This document shows positions 1 to 8,362 of a DNA stretch of 14,824 nucleotides, piece by piece. The stretch lies in NCBI RefSeq assembly GCF_006345805.1, contig NW_021825673.1, positions 1 to 14,824 on the forward strand, given 5' to 3'. A program made the translations under genes and the position numbers. Each line of letters opens with the position of its first letter. Position 1 is the first letter of the stretch. This DNA is from Octopus sinensis (lineage: Eukaryota). Below the pieces are notes generated by a model that saw only the letters and a program-made list of their open reading frames with translations, was not told where the DNA came from and searched no databases.

Positions 1-178
1 CAACAACAACAACACAACAACATCGAAAATATATACCTTAGGAATGAGAACCCAGGTTCGATATATCCCCAAGACACCTGAAGAATGCTGGAGGGTATAT
101 CAGCCGAAATGTTGTGTTAACAACAAACAAGATGAGGACAAATATCCGTCGAATGTAAATAATGTAAATAATGTAAAT
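1..178 (+). mobile_element. Probable Penelope-like terminal-repeat fragment or short hammerhead-bearing repeat
   Basis: Contains the hammerhead-like motif, starts in (CAA)n and ends in three tandem aatgtaaat units (152-178). No ORF evidence. Confidence 0.35.
73..118 (+). ncRNA. Degenerate minimal type I hammerhead ribozyme-like motif (Penelope-like element type)
   Basis: Stem I gacac(73-77)/gtgtt(114-118); core CTGAAGA(78-84); stem II gctg(87-90)/cagc(101-104); GAAA(106-109); then tgtt, one C>T from the palindromic aacgtt of minimal PLE hammerheads. Confidence 0.55.
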
Positions 179-190
179 ACTGCAAATAAT

Positions 191-340
191 GCAGCATTTA
201 GTCTGTCTCTATTTTCGAGATCGACTTTACTTTTCATCCTTTCGAGTTGATAAACTAAGTACCAGTTGACCACTAAGGTCGATGTAATCATCTTACCCTC
301 TCCCCGAAATTGCTGGCCTTGTGCTAAATTCGAAACTATT
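191..340 (+). mobile_element. SINE family A, 5'-truncated old copy (tail type 2)
   Basis: tcgactttacttttcatcctttcgagttgataaactaagtaccagtt matches the family A body seen at 8600-8660; the tail tccccgaaattgctggccttgtgc is shared with 8305-8335. Confidence 0.75.
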
Positions 341-354
341 ATTTAATCCACATA

Positions 355-568
355 AGGACGGTGAGCTGGAAAAATTGTTAGCTTAATGGACCAAGTGCTT
401 AGCAGCATTTCGTCCATCATTACATTCTAAGTTCAAATTCCGCCAAATTCGACTTAGCCTTTCGTTCTCTCGGGTTCGATAAAATAAATACCAGTTGATT
501 CCCTATATCGACGAAGTCAACTATCCACATCCTCCAAAATTTCAGGCTTTGTGCCTATTGTAGAAAGG
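355..568 (+). mobile_element. SINE family A, diverged near-full-length copy
   Basis: tRNA-like head ggtgagctggaaaaattgttagc, box B-like gttcaaattcc, body gcctttcgttctctcgggttcgataaaataaataccagtt, tail cttgtgcctattgtagaaag. Confidence 0.8.
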
Positions 569-577
569 GATATGTGA

Positions 578-700
578 TAGCAGGCTGGTAGAATCGTTAG
601 AGCGTCGTACAAAACACTGTTATACTTCCTCCGACTCTTCACGTTCTAAGTTCAATACCGACCGGGGTCGACTTTTGCGTTTCACTCCTCCGGGGTGAGT
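578..700 (+). mobile_element. SINE family A, diverged 5' part
   Basis: ggctggtagaatcgttagagcg...gttctaagttcaatacc...ggtcgacttttgcgtttcactcctccggggt aligns to the family A head and body. Confidence 0.65.
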
Positions 701-721
701 TAACTATTTAGTTAAAACTTC

Positions 722-1037
722 GCAGTTCAAAAACCCTCTCTCGATCAACTTCGCTTTTTTTTTTTCGTTTCTTCGTTTCTTCTTCTTTCTTTTCTTTTCT
801 TTCTTCTTCTTCTTTTCTTTTCTTTTTCTTTTCTTCTTCTTTCTTTCTTCTTTCTTCTTCTTTTCTTTTCTTTCTTTCTTTCTTTCTTTCTTTCTTTCCT
901 TCTTTCTTTCTTCCTTTCTTTTCAGAGTCGATAAAAATAAAATACTACTGTTGTTAGTTAGGTACTTTGGTCGATGTAATCGACTGCACCTCGGCCGAAG
1001 ACTCTGTAGCTTCGTGCCAATTTTAGAAATCAATATT
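722..1037 (+). mobile_element. SINE family A, old copy split by a (TTC/TTTC)n expansion
   Basis: gttcaaaaacc...gatcaacttcgc (727-754) precedes the tract and cagagtcgataaaaataaaatact...ggtcgatgtaatcgact...cttcgtgccaattttagaaa (923-1030) follows it, collinear with family A. Confidence 0.6.
755..922. repeat. Polypyrimidine (TTC)n/(TTTC)n microsatellite
   Basis: Directly visible; explains the K/E/R-rich ORF 704-1048. Confidence 0.95.
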
Positions 1038-1080
1038 AATTGCACCACGAATATATATCTAGCACCGTGAAATCATAATC

Positions 1081-1247
1081 ATATATACATATATAATAAT
1101 ATTAATTATATATCAAACACATATATATACATATATATACATATATATATATAACATATATATATATATTCCATATATATATATACAATTATCTATATTT
1201 ATATACATATATATACATATATATATACATATATATATTATATATAG

Positions 1248-1279
<32 letters not shown>

Positions 1280-1368
1280 CACATATATATATATACATAC
1301 ATATACATACATACCTAATACATATATATATATGTATGTATATATATATGTATATATATATATATGTA

Positions 1369-1401
<33 letters not shown>

Positions 1402-1480
1402 TATATGTAAATATATATATATATATGTATACATATTCTATGTATGTATGTATATATATATATACACACATATATATATA

Positions 1481-1520
<40 letters not shown>
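1081..1520. repeat. (TA)n-rich compound microsatellite
   Basis: TA runs with CA variants in the left half and TG variants in the right half. Confidence 0.95.
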
Positions 1521-1522
<2 letters not shown>

Positions 1523-1904
1523 AAAGCAGATCAGTATTGTCTCTCCAGTTCCAATAATTCTTCAGCAAACCAAACATAACCATAAAAGATTTATGTCTTT
1601 CATTCCCAAATGTCAACTTCTGTGTTTTTTATACAATTGAAATAGTTTTATCTCGTTTGGTTCAAATATTCTTTCTCCAGTTGACCTTTATGATAAATGA
1701 CAATTCCTACACACACAGAGAATGTTTAATGTGTCTGCTGGTGGTCATTGCACCCTACACTTTTGGAATTAGCGATTGCTTCCTTCCTTGCCATTTCCAT
1801 TGAGGTGTGTGTTTCGTTTCAACAATTTTGTGCATTCACCTAAAATTGAAACAGTCCACTTCACCTTTTTTTTATCATCTTCATTCGTATAATGAGAAAG
1901 TATG

Positions 1905-1931
1905 GATATGTGGATATATATATATGTGAAG

Positions 1932-1983
<52 letters not shown>

Positions 1984-2520
1984 TATGTGAATGTGTGTGT
2001 TTGTGTGTGTGAGTGTTTGTGTGGATGTATGTGCGTGTATCGATATGTACGTCTCTGTATGTATTTGTGTGTATTTGTATGGATGTGTGTATATGTGTGC
2101 GTGCGTGTGTATGCGTGGGTGTGTGTGGGTGTGTGTCTATGTGCACGCGTGTGTGTGAGTGTGTGTGTGCGTTTGTGTGTGCGAGTGTGTGTGTGTATGT
2201 GTGTGAGCGCGTGAGTGTGTGTGTGTGTGTGTATGTGTGTGAGCGCGTGAGTGTATGTGTGCGTTTGTGTGTGAGCGCAGGTGAGTGTGTGTGCATGTGT
2301 GAGCGCGTGTGTGAGCGCGTGTGAGTGTGTGTGTGTATATCCATATTTACGTGTGCGTGTGTGTGTGTTAGCTCGTGTGAGTGTGCATGTGTGCGTGTGT
2401 GTGTATGTGTGTGAGCGCGGGTGAGTGTGTGAGCGCGGGTGAGTGTGTGTGTGTGTGAGAGCGCGGGAGGGCGTACATGTGTGCGTGCGTGCGTGCGTCT
2501 GTGTGTGTGTGTGTGTGTGA
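1905..2520. repeat. Degenerate (TG)n microsatellite with a recurring gagcgcg variant
   Basis: Directly visible; explains the H/T and C/V ORFs. Confidence 0.95.
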
Positions 2521-2811
2521 GAGTGCAGCGCAGACAAATTGGTAGCTGAAGGCTTCTAGTGCCAATGCCTACAGACATAAACTAAGAAGTACCAAAGAGC
2601 GAAATCGATTCTCTTTTAACAGACTCAAATCATGCGACACGTTCAGCGGCGAGAGACAATTTTGGCGACTTTTTTAAATAGTTTTTTATTTCAACCAGTT
2701 TGGAAATTTAGCATCTGAACTTCTCTATATTCTGCTTCGGTACCATGATCCACCGAAACACTGCGGTTCTGAAAATGAAATTGCACAGTTCAATGTGTGT
2801 GTGTGTGTTCA

Positions 2812-3040
2812 GTGAGCTGGTAGAATCGTTAGCAAGCCAGGCGAAATGCTTAGCGGTATTTCGTCTGACGTTACGTTCTGAGTTCAAATTCCGCCGAGGT
2901 CGACTTTGCCTTTCATCCTTTCGAGATCGATAAATTAAGTACCAATTACGCACTGGGGTCAATATATTCGACTTAATCCGTCTGTCTGTCCTTGTTTGTC
3001 TCCTCTGTGTTTAGCCCCTTGTGGGTAATAAAGAAATAGG
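2812..3040 (+). mobile_element. SINE family A, near-full-length (tail type 1)
   Basis: gtgagctggtagaatcgttagc...gttcaaattccgccgaggtcgactttgcctttcatcctttcg...cccttgtgggtaataaagaaatagg; short (TG)n on both sides. Confidence 0.9.
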
Positions 3041-3148
3041 TGTGTGTGTGTGTGTATTACAAATTATATAATGTACTACTCTGTCTCTCAAATACACGAT
3101 ATACTGAAGGTGTATGTTATAACGATCATACAAAAAAAATGATGTTGC

Positions 3149-3251
3149 GAGTTTCGGATAAGTTTGATAGATCTACACTCATCAGATCTGCCTACTTCGG
3201 ATAAGACACCTCATCTGACGATAGTAGGTCTATCAGACTTACGCAAAACTC
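3149..3251. repeat. Imperfect inverted repeat (39-bp arms, 25-bp spacer) with hammerhead-like cores
   Basis: 3149-3187 gagtttcggataagtttgatagatctacactcatcagat versus the reverse complement of 3213-3251, gagttttgcgtaagtctgatagacctactatcgtcagat. Confidence 0.8.
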
Positions 3252-3271
3252 AGAGGTATGTAAGCTCGTAA

Positions 3272-3442
3272 TTCAAATGGCCATCCTTGTCACATTTTGT
3301 GTCATGCTGAATCTCTCTGAGGAATACGTTAAGGACACACCTGTCTGCGGAGTACCAGCCACTTGCACGTTAATTTCACGAGCAGGCTGTTCTGTTGATC
3401 GGATCAACTGGAACCCACGTCGTCGTAACCGACGAAGTGCCA
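3272..3442 (+). mobile_element. SINE family C, 3' fragment
   Basis: Aligns to 9638-9810 (cacgttaatttcacgagcaggctgtt...gtcgtaaccgacg). Confidence 0.85.
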
Positions 3443-3469
3443 GTCATGTACGTATATTTATATGTAAGT

Positions 3470-3480
3470 GCACATACATG

Positions 3481-3512
<32 letters not shown>

Positions 3513-3687
3513 TACATACATACATACATACATACATACATACATACATACATACATACATACATACATACATACATGCAATCATACATACATGCATACA
3601 TACATATATATATATACATGCATGCATGCATACATACATACATACATACATACATACATACATACATACATACATACATACATACAT
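3470..3687. repeat. (CATA)n microsatellite
   Basis: Directly visible, with CA, TA and catg interruptions. Confidence 0.95.
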
Positions 3688-3698
3688 AAAAAAAACAG

Positions 3699-4003
3699 GC
3701 ACTCCGTCGGTTACGACGAGGATTCTAGTTGAGGCGTTTAACGGAACAACCTGCTCGCGAAATAAACGTATAAGTGGCTGAGTACTCCACAACACGTATA
3801 CCCTTAACATAGTTTTCAGGGAGATACAACGTGACACAGAATGGGACAATGCCGGCCATTCGAATTACAGGTAAAACTAATCTTTACCAGTTCAGAATAC
3901 TGGAAAAACATGAAATAAAGTGTCTTGCTCAAGGACACAACGCGTCCTCAGGTAGCGAACTCTCGAGAGCCGAATACCCTAACAACTTAGCCATGTCCCT
4001 TCA
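3699..4003 (-). mobile_element. SINE related to family C (same 3' half, different central region)
   Basis: 3699-3877 matches 6754-6935. The minus strand continues through gttgtgtccttgagcaagacactttatttca to a tRNA-like head gtgaagggacatggctaagttgttagggtattcgg. Confidence 0.75.
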
Positions 4004-4038
4004 CATACATACATACATACATACATACATACATACAT

Positions 4039-4071
<33 letters not shown>

Positions 4072-4131
4072 TACATACATACATACATACATACATACAT
4101 ACATACATACATACATACATACATACATACA
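4004..4131. repeat. (CATA)n microsatellite upstream of the LINE fragment
   Basis: Directly visible. Confidence 0.95.
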
Positions 4132-4134
4132 TGC

Positions 4135-5780
4135 TAGAAGCCCTTCAACTTGCTAAAGTTCCAGTGAGAATAGTCAAAGCCGTAGCTGACCTGACTTCAT
4201 CGTGGGCCACCATCTTGAATACAGTATCGCCAAGGCATATTCGAAGGGGACAGCCTTTCTGTGATGTTGTTTGTACTTTCTGTAACCCCCTTGTCATTCA
4301 TGTTAAGGAAGTCTAAGAATATCTCACTGGTTCACAAGAAAATAGAAATACCAAAATTACACACTGTTTCTTTGTGGATGACTTAAAACTTTATGCAAAG
4401 AATATGCATGAGATGAAAAAGAGCCTTTGACCTAGTTACAACATTCTCAAAGGATGTAGGGATGGAGTTTGGTTAGGATAAATTTTGCTATATGGCAGTA
4501 AAAAGGGGGAAAACTATAACGTTTCTTATTTCTTTATTGTCCACAAGGGGCTAAACATAGAGAGGACAAACAAGGATAGACAAAGGAACGTAACGGCAGA
4601 CGAAATACCGCTAAGCATTACGCCCGGCGTCCTAACGTTTCTGCCAGCTCGCCGCCTTAGGGAGAAAACTATAAACCAGACTAGTAACATCTCCATTAAT
4701 GATTGGACTGTTTCCCCTGTATCTGATAAGGAATGTTACAAGTATCTAGGAGTGGATGAAAACATATCTTACAGTGGCACCAGCCTAATAAAAAAAATTT
4801 GGACCTCAGAACTCTCTACATTCAATAAAACAATGTCCCACAATGTGTTTGCTGTGTCAGTACTCATACCAACATTTGGGCTGCTGGATTGGACGCTTGA
4901 TGAGATCCGAGCCATTGATGTGAAAACCCGAAAAATACTAACAAGCACACATAATTTCTACATAGACAGTGATGTAGACCGTGTCTACCTAAAACGAAAA
5001 CAAGGCAGAAGAGGCTTAACATCGATCCAAAATGCCTTTCAATGTCGCATCATATCCCTTCGGCAACATCTTTTAACCACCAAATGTCGAAGTGCATCCC
5101 TTGACCAAGTTTTCATACATTGGGCTGATAACATCATAAGATTTGGAAGGCAGCTCCTTGAGCAACATTCTTTGTCTGATAACCTAGAATACATACCCAA
5201 AGAAGTCGCACGGCTCTAACCGCAACGTATCATAAGATGAAAGGATGAACCTATATGAACAGAAGACTATGCATGGATATGTTAGTAGAAAACTGATGAT
5301 GTTAGTAACATCAGTCATCAAAGCAGTTTATGACGGACCAATAGCCGGATCACTACCTCCCACTTTGAATGGTATACGTTTGCAATCAGGGAACAGGAAA
5401 TATCAACCAAGTACCTGGTGCACAAAAGGGATAGAGATGCAGGTAAAGCCGTAAAATGTGACAACCGATGCAGACTTTGTAGAGTTCACACTGAAGATAT
5501 CACCCACATCATAAGCAGTTGTCCGAAAATTTCATCACGGTATTAACTATATAGGACACTATAATGAAATCCGTCGGAAAAATAATCCCGAGGACAAAGA
5601 AATAAGAACCCACAGTATGGTAGAATCCATAACCACTCATAATAAAAAGGAATATTGGTGGAATAAAATGTAAACACAACAGACCTGATATAGTGATTTG
5701 GGACTGAGAAGAGAAACTGTGCTCAGTTGTGGAAATCAGTTGCCCAGCGGATGTTAACATAAAGTTGAATATCAGTTGAA
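4135..5780 (+). mobile_element. Decayed RLE-type non-LTR retrotransposon (R4/Dong-clade-like): RT, CCHC knuckle and restriction-like endonuclease; pseudogenised
   Basis: Manual translation gives GIFEGDSLSVMLFVLSV (~4234), ITHCFFVDDLKLYAK (~4356-4400), TFSKDVGMEFG*DK, YKYLGV, LDWTLDEIRAIDVKTRKILT and DVDRVYLKRKQGRRGL. These are followed by the CCHC motif CRLCRVHTEDITHIISSC (~5469-5522) and HNRPDIVIWD*EEKLCSVVEISCP (~5675-5746, PD-(D/E)xK-like). Multiple stops and frameshifts. Confidence 0.88.
4520..4658 (-). mobile_element. SINE family A, internally deleted copy inserted in the LINE RT region
   Basis: Head and tail match 9986-10218, but about 100 bp of body is missing. 16-bp TSD: agggggaaaactataa (4504-4519) and agggagaaaactataa (4659-4674). 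Confidence 0.9.
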
Positions 5781-5840
5781 CATACATACATACATACATA
5801 CATACATACATACATACATACATACATACATACATACATA
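5781..5840. repeat. (CATA)15 microsatellite at the 3' break of the LINE fragment
   Basis: Perfect tetranucleotide run. Confidence 0.95.
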
Positions 5841-5987
5841 ACTTTGCTGAAGTTTTGCAGAACATCAACCGCAGAAAACTCGAACTTCCGGCTACTGCTG
5901 ATGCCATTCAATCATGCAACTGTAGAAAACTCTAGCTCGATAAATGCGCTCGACAGGTTCACTAGTTTATTGCGATTATGTATCACC

Positions 5988-6046
5988 TGTAAATTTACTA
6001 ATTATTGTAGTGTGTAGTGTAGTGTAAATTTACTAATTATTGTAGT
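5988..6046. repeat. 24-bp direct repeat around an 11-bp gtgtagtgtag spacer
   Basis: tgtaaatttactaattattgtagt at 5988-6011 and 6023-6046. Confidence 0.9.
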
Positions 6047-6239
6047 TTAGCGGTTACTCCGTTCGGCTCCGATATAATCAACATGCACAAACATTCAGAA
6101 GTTCAGCCAGGAACGCTGACGCTCCTTTAAACTAAATTATAAGTATACATCAAAGAAAAGATTTTGGATCAAACAAAAACTTATGTGGTGTTTTGGTGTT
6201 ATGGGTTGTGATGAGCTATGTGGTGTTGGTGGAGAGGAT

Positions 6240-6392
6240 TGGTGGTGAAGACTGCAGGGGCCGGCGGAAGAGCCATGGGGGCATGCGTGGGCAAAAAGCA
6301 CGTGCGGAGAGTTCGACGAGAGACGGCAGCGTGCAAGGACGTGTTTATTTCTTGACAGTGATCGCTCATCCCGCCTAGGTCAACAGGTAAGG
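6240..6392 (+). promoter_or_regulatory. CpG-rich patch, candidate promoter/first exon with splice donor
   Basis: Locally high GC and CpG outside recognised repeats; ETS-like cggaag, E-box cacgtg, and CAG|GTAAGG donor at 6386/6387. Confidence 0.3.
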
Positions 6393-6746
6393 TCTCTGCA
6401 TTTCTTTCTCCCTTTTGCTTCTTTTTCTGTCGTCTTTTTTCCCTCCATCACACTACAACTTAGAAGCAAATCTCCAACTTTGTGATTTATGCATTTCTGA
6501 AAAGTTTCTCGATAGAAATTCCGAGCTTATTTTGTTTAGTTGACATACGTACATTTTCACAATAAGATCATTAAGTACCACGCAATTAATTATAGTTTGC
6601 ATATAATTACTGGAGTGGTGCCCTGTCATATGACGGATGACTTTAAAGTATACTTTAGCCACCATGTTTAATATCTGGAAATATAGCATGCACAGAATAA
6701 TTATAATTTAGGCCTTGTGGAATTATAGTTGAATGGATTATTATAT

Positions 6747-7133
6747 GGTGGAAGCACTCCGTCGGTTACGACGACGAGGGTTCCGGTTGATCCGATCAAC
6801 GGAACAGCCTGCTCGTGAAATTAACGTGTAAGTGGCTGAGCACTCCACAGACACGTGTACCCTTAACGTAGTTCTCGGGGATATTCAGCGTGACACAGAG
6901 AGTGACAAGGCCGGCCCTTTGAAATACAGGTACAACAGAAGCAGGAAGTAAGAGTGAGAGAAAGTTGTGGTGAAAGAGTACAGCAGGGTTCACCACCATC
7001 CCCTGCCGGAGCCTCGTGTGGCTTTTAGGTGTTTTCGCTCAATAAAAACTCACAACGCCCGGTCTGGGAATCGAAACCGCGATCCTACGACCGCGAGTCC
7101 GCTGCCCTAACCACTGGGCCATTGCGCCTCCAC
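6747..7133 (-). mobile_element. SINE family C, full-length young copy
   Basis: tRNA-like head gtggaggcgcaatggcccagtggttagggcagcgg...ggtttcgattccc; 12-bp TSD ggattattatat (6735-6746, 7134-7145); near-identical to 9416-9815. Confidence 0.93.
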
Positions 7134-7279
7134 GGATTATTATATAGCGATAACGTAACAGCGTTACTTTCCCTGCACAATGCATTGCGCATTTTGGTCT
7201 TCATACGCATTTTTTAAACATATTTTCAATTAATTTTTTGTATTAGATTTATTGCTGTTTTACAATAATCCTTAACATA

Positions 7280-7450
7280 GGCGCAGGAGTGGTTGTGTGG
7301 TAAGTAGCTTGCTAACCAACCACATGGTTCCGGGTTCAGTTCCACTGCGTGGCATCTTGGGCAAGTGTCTTCTGCTATAGCCCCGGGCCGACCAATGCCT
7401 TGTGAGTGGATTTGGTAGACGGAAACTCAAAGAAGCCTGTCGTATATATG

Positions 7451-7481
<31 letters not shown>

Positions 7482-7697
7482 GTTTGTGTGTCTGTGTTTG
7501 TCCCCCTAGCATTGCTTGACAACCGATGCTGGTGTGTTTACGTCCCCGTCACTTAGCGGTTCGGCAAAAAGAGACCGATAGAATAAGTACTGGGCTTACA
7601 AAAAAAAAATAAGTCCCGGGGTCGATTTGCTCGACTAAAGGCGGTGCTCCAGCATGGCCGCAGTCAAATGACTGAAACATGTAAAAAAAAAAAAAAA
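7280..7697 (+). mobile_element. SINE family B, full-length (tRNA head, CORE-like motif, internal TA/TG microsatellite, A-tail)
   Basis: ggcgcaggagtggttgtgtggtaag (box A-like), ggttcagttcc (box B-like), cttgggcaagtgtctt, poly(A) end; homologous to 7976-8200 and 13780-14186. Confidence 0.9.
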
Positions 7698-7975
7698 TAG
7701 CTTTCTCACATTATACATTAAGCTATTGTTGTTGCTTTCCTATCTTGTCATATATTTCTTCACCGTCTTCTCCTTCCCTGTTTTTTCTTTCATCTTTTTA
7801 CTCGTTGATAACTGCTGTTTTGTAAACAAGCTTCTAAGTGTATCCTTCTCTAAAACAACCTATCATACAATAAGGCCTTTTTCCTTAATCTTTCCATTCA
7901 CCACCTCACTTCCCACTTATATTCTTATTTTAACTCTCGCTTCATCGTTTAATCATATACATTATATGTATATTT

Positions 7976-8139
7976 GGCGCAGGAGTGGCTGTGTTGTAAG
8001 TAGTTTGCTTACCGACCACATGGTTCCGGGTTCAGTCCCACTGCTTGGTACCTTGGGCAAAGTGTCTTCTACTATAGCCTCGGGCCGACCAAAGCCTTGT
8101 GAGTGGATTTGGTAGACGGAAACTGAAAGAAGCCCGTCG

Positions 8140-8174
<35 letters not shown>

Positions 8175-8203
8175 TCCCCCAACATCGTTCGACAACCAAT
8201 GCT
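7976..8203 (+). mobile_element. SINE family B, 5' half
   Basis: Collinear with 7280-7530 up to gacaaccaatgct. Confidence 0.88.
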
Positions 8204-8345
8204 TCGTGGTATTTCGTTCGTCTTTATGTTCAAATTCCGCTGAGGTCGATTTTGGCTAAAATAAGTACCAGTTGAGCACTGGGGCCGATGTAATAGGCTT
8301 ACACCCTCCCCGAAATTGCTGGGTTTGTGCCAAATTTTGAACTCA
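8199..8345 (+). mobile_element. SINE family A, headless deleted copy (tail type 2) fused to the B fragment
   Basis: atgcttcgtggtatttcg...gttcaaattccgctgaggtcga...aagtaccagttgagcactgggg...ccctccccgaaattgctgg. Confidence 0.75.
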
Positions 8346-8362
8346 ATGTTTATGAGAATAAT

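Noticed and set aside
704-2578. Long ORFs rich in K/E/R, Y/I, H/T or C/V
   Set aside because: These are translations of (TTTC)n, (TA)n and (TG)n microsatellites, which lack stop codons by construction.
4485-5219. 244-aa ORF as a functional gene
   Set aside because: It is a chimera of an antisense SINE and a decayed RT C-terminal region; the catalytic FVDD motif lies upstream, separated by a stop and frameshifts.
5925-5970. Helitron 3' end (CTAG-t)
   Set aside because: ctagt is present at ~5962-5966, but there is no convincing GC-rich subterminal hairpin.
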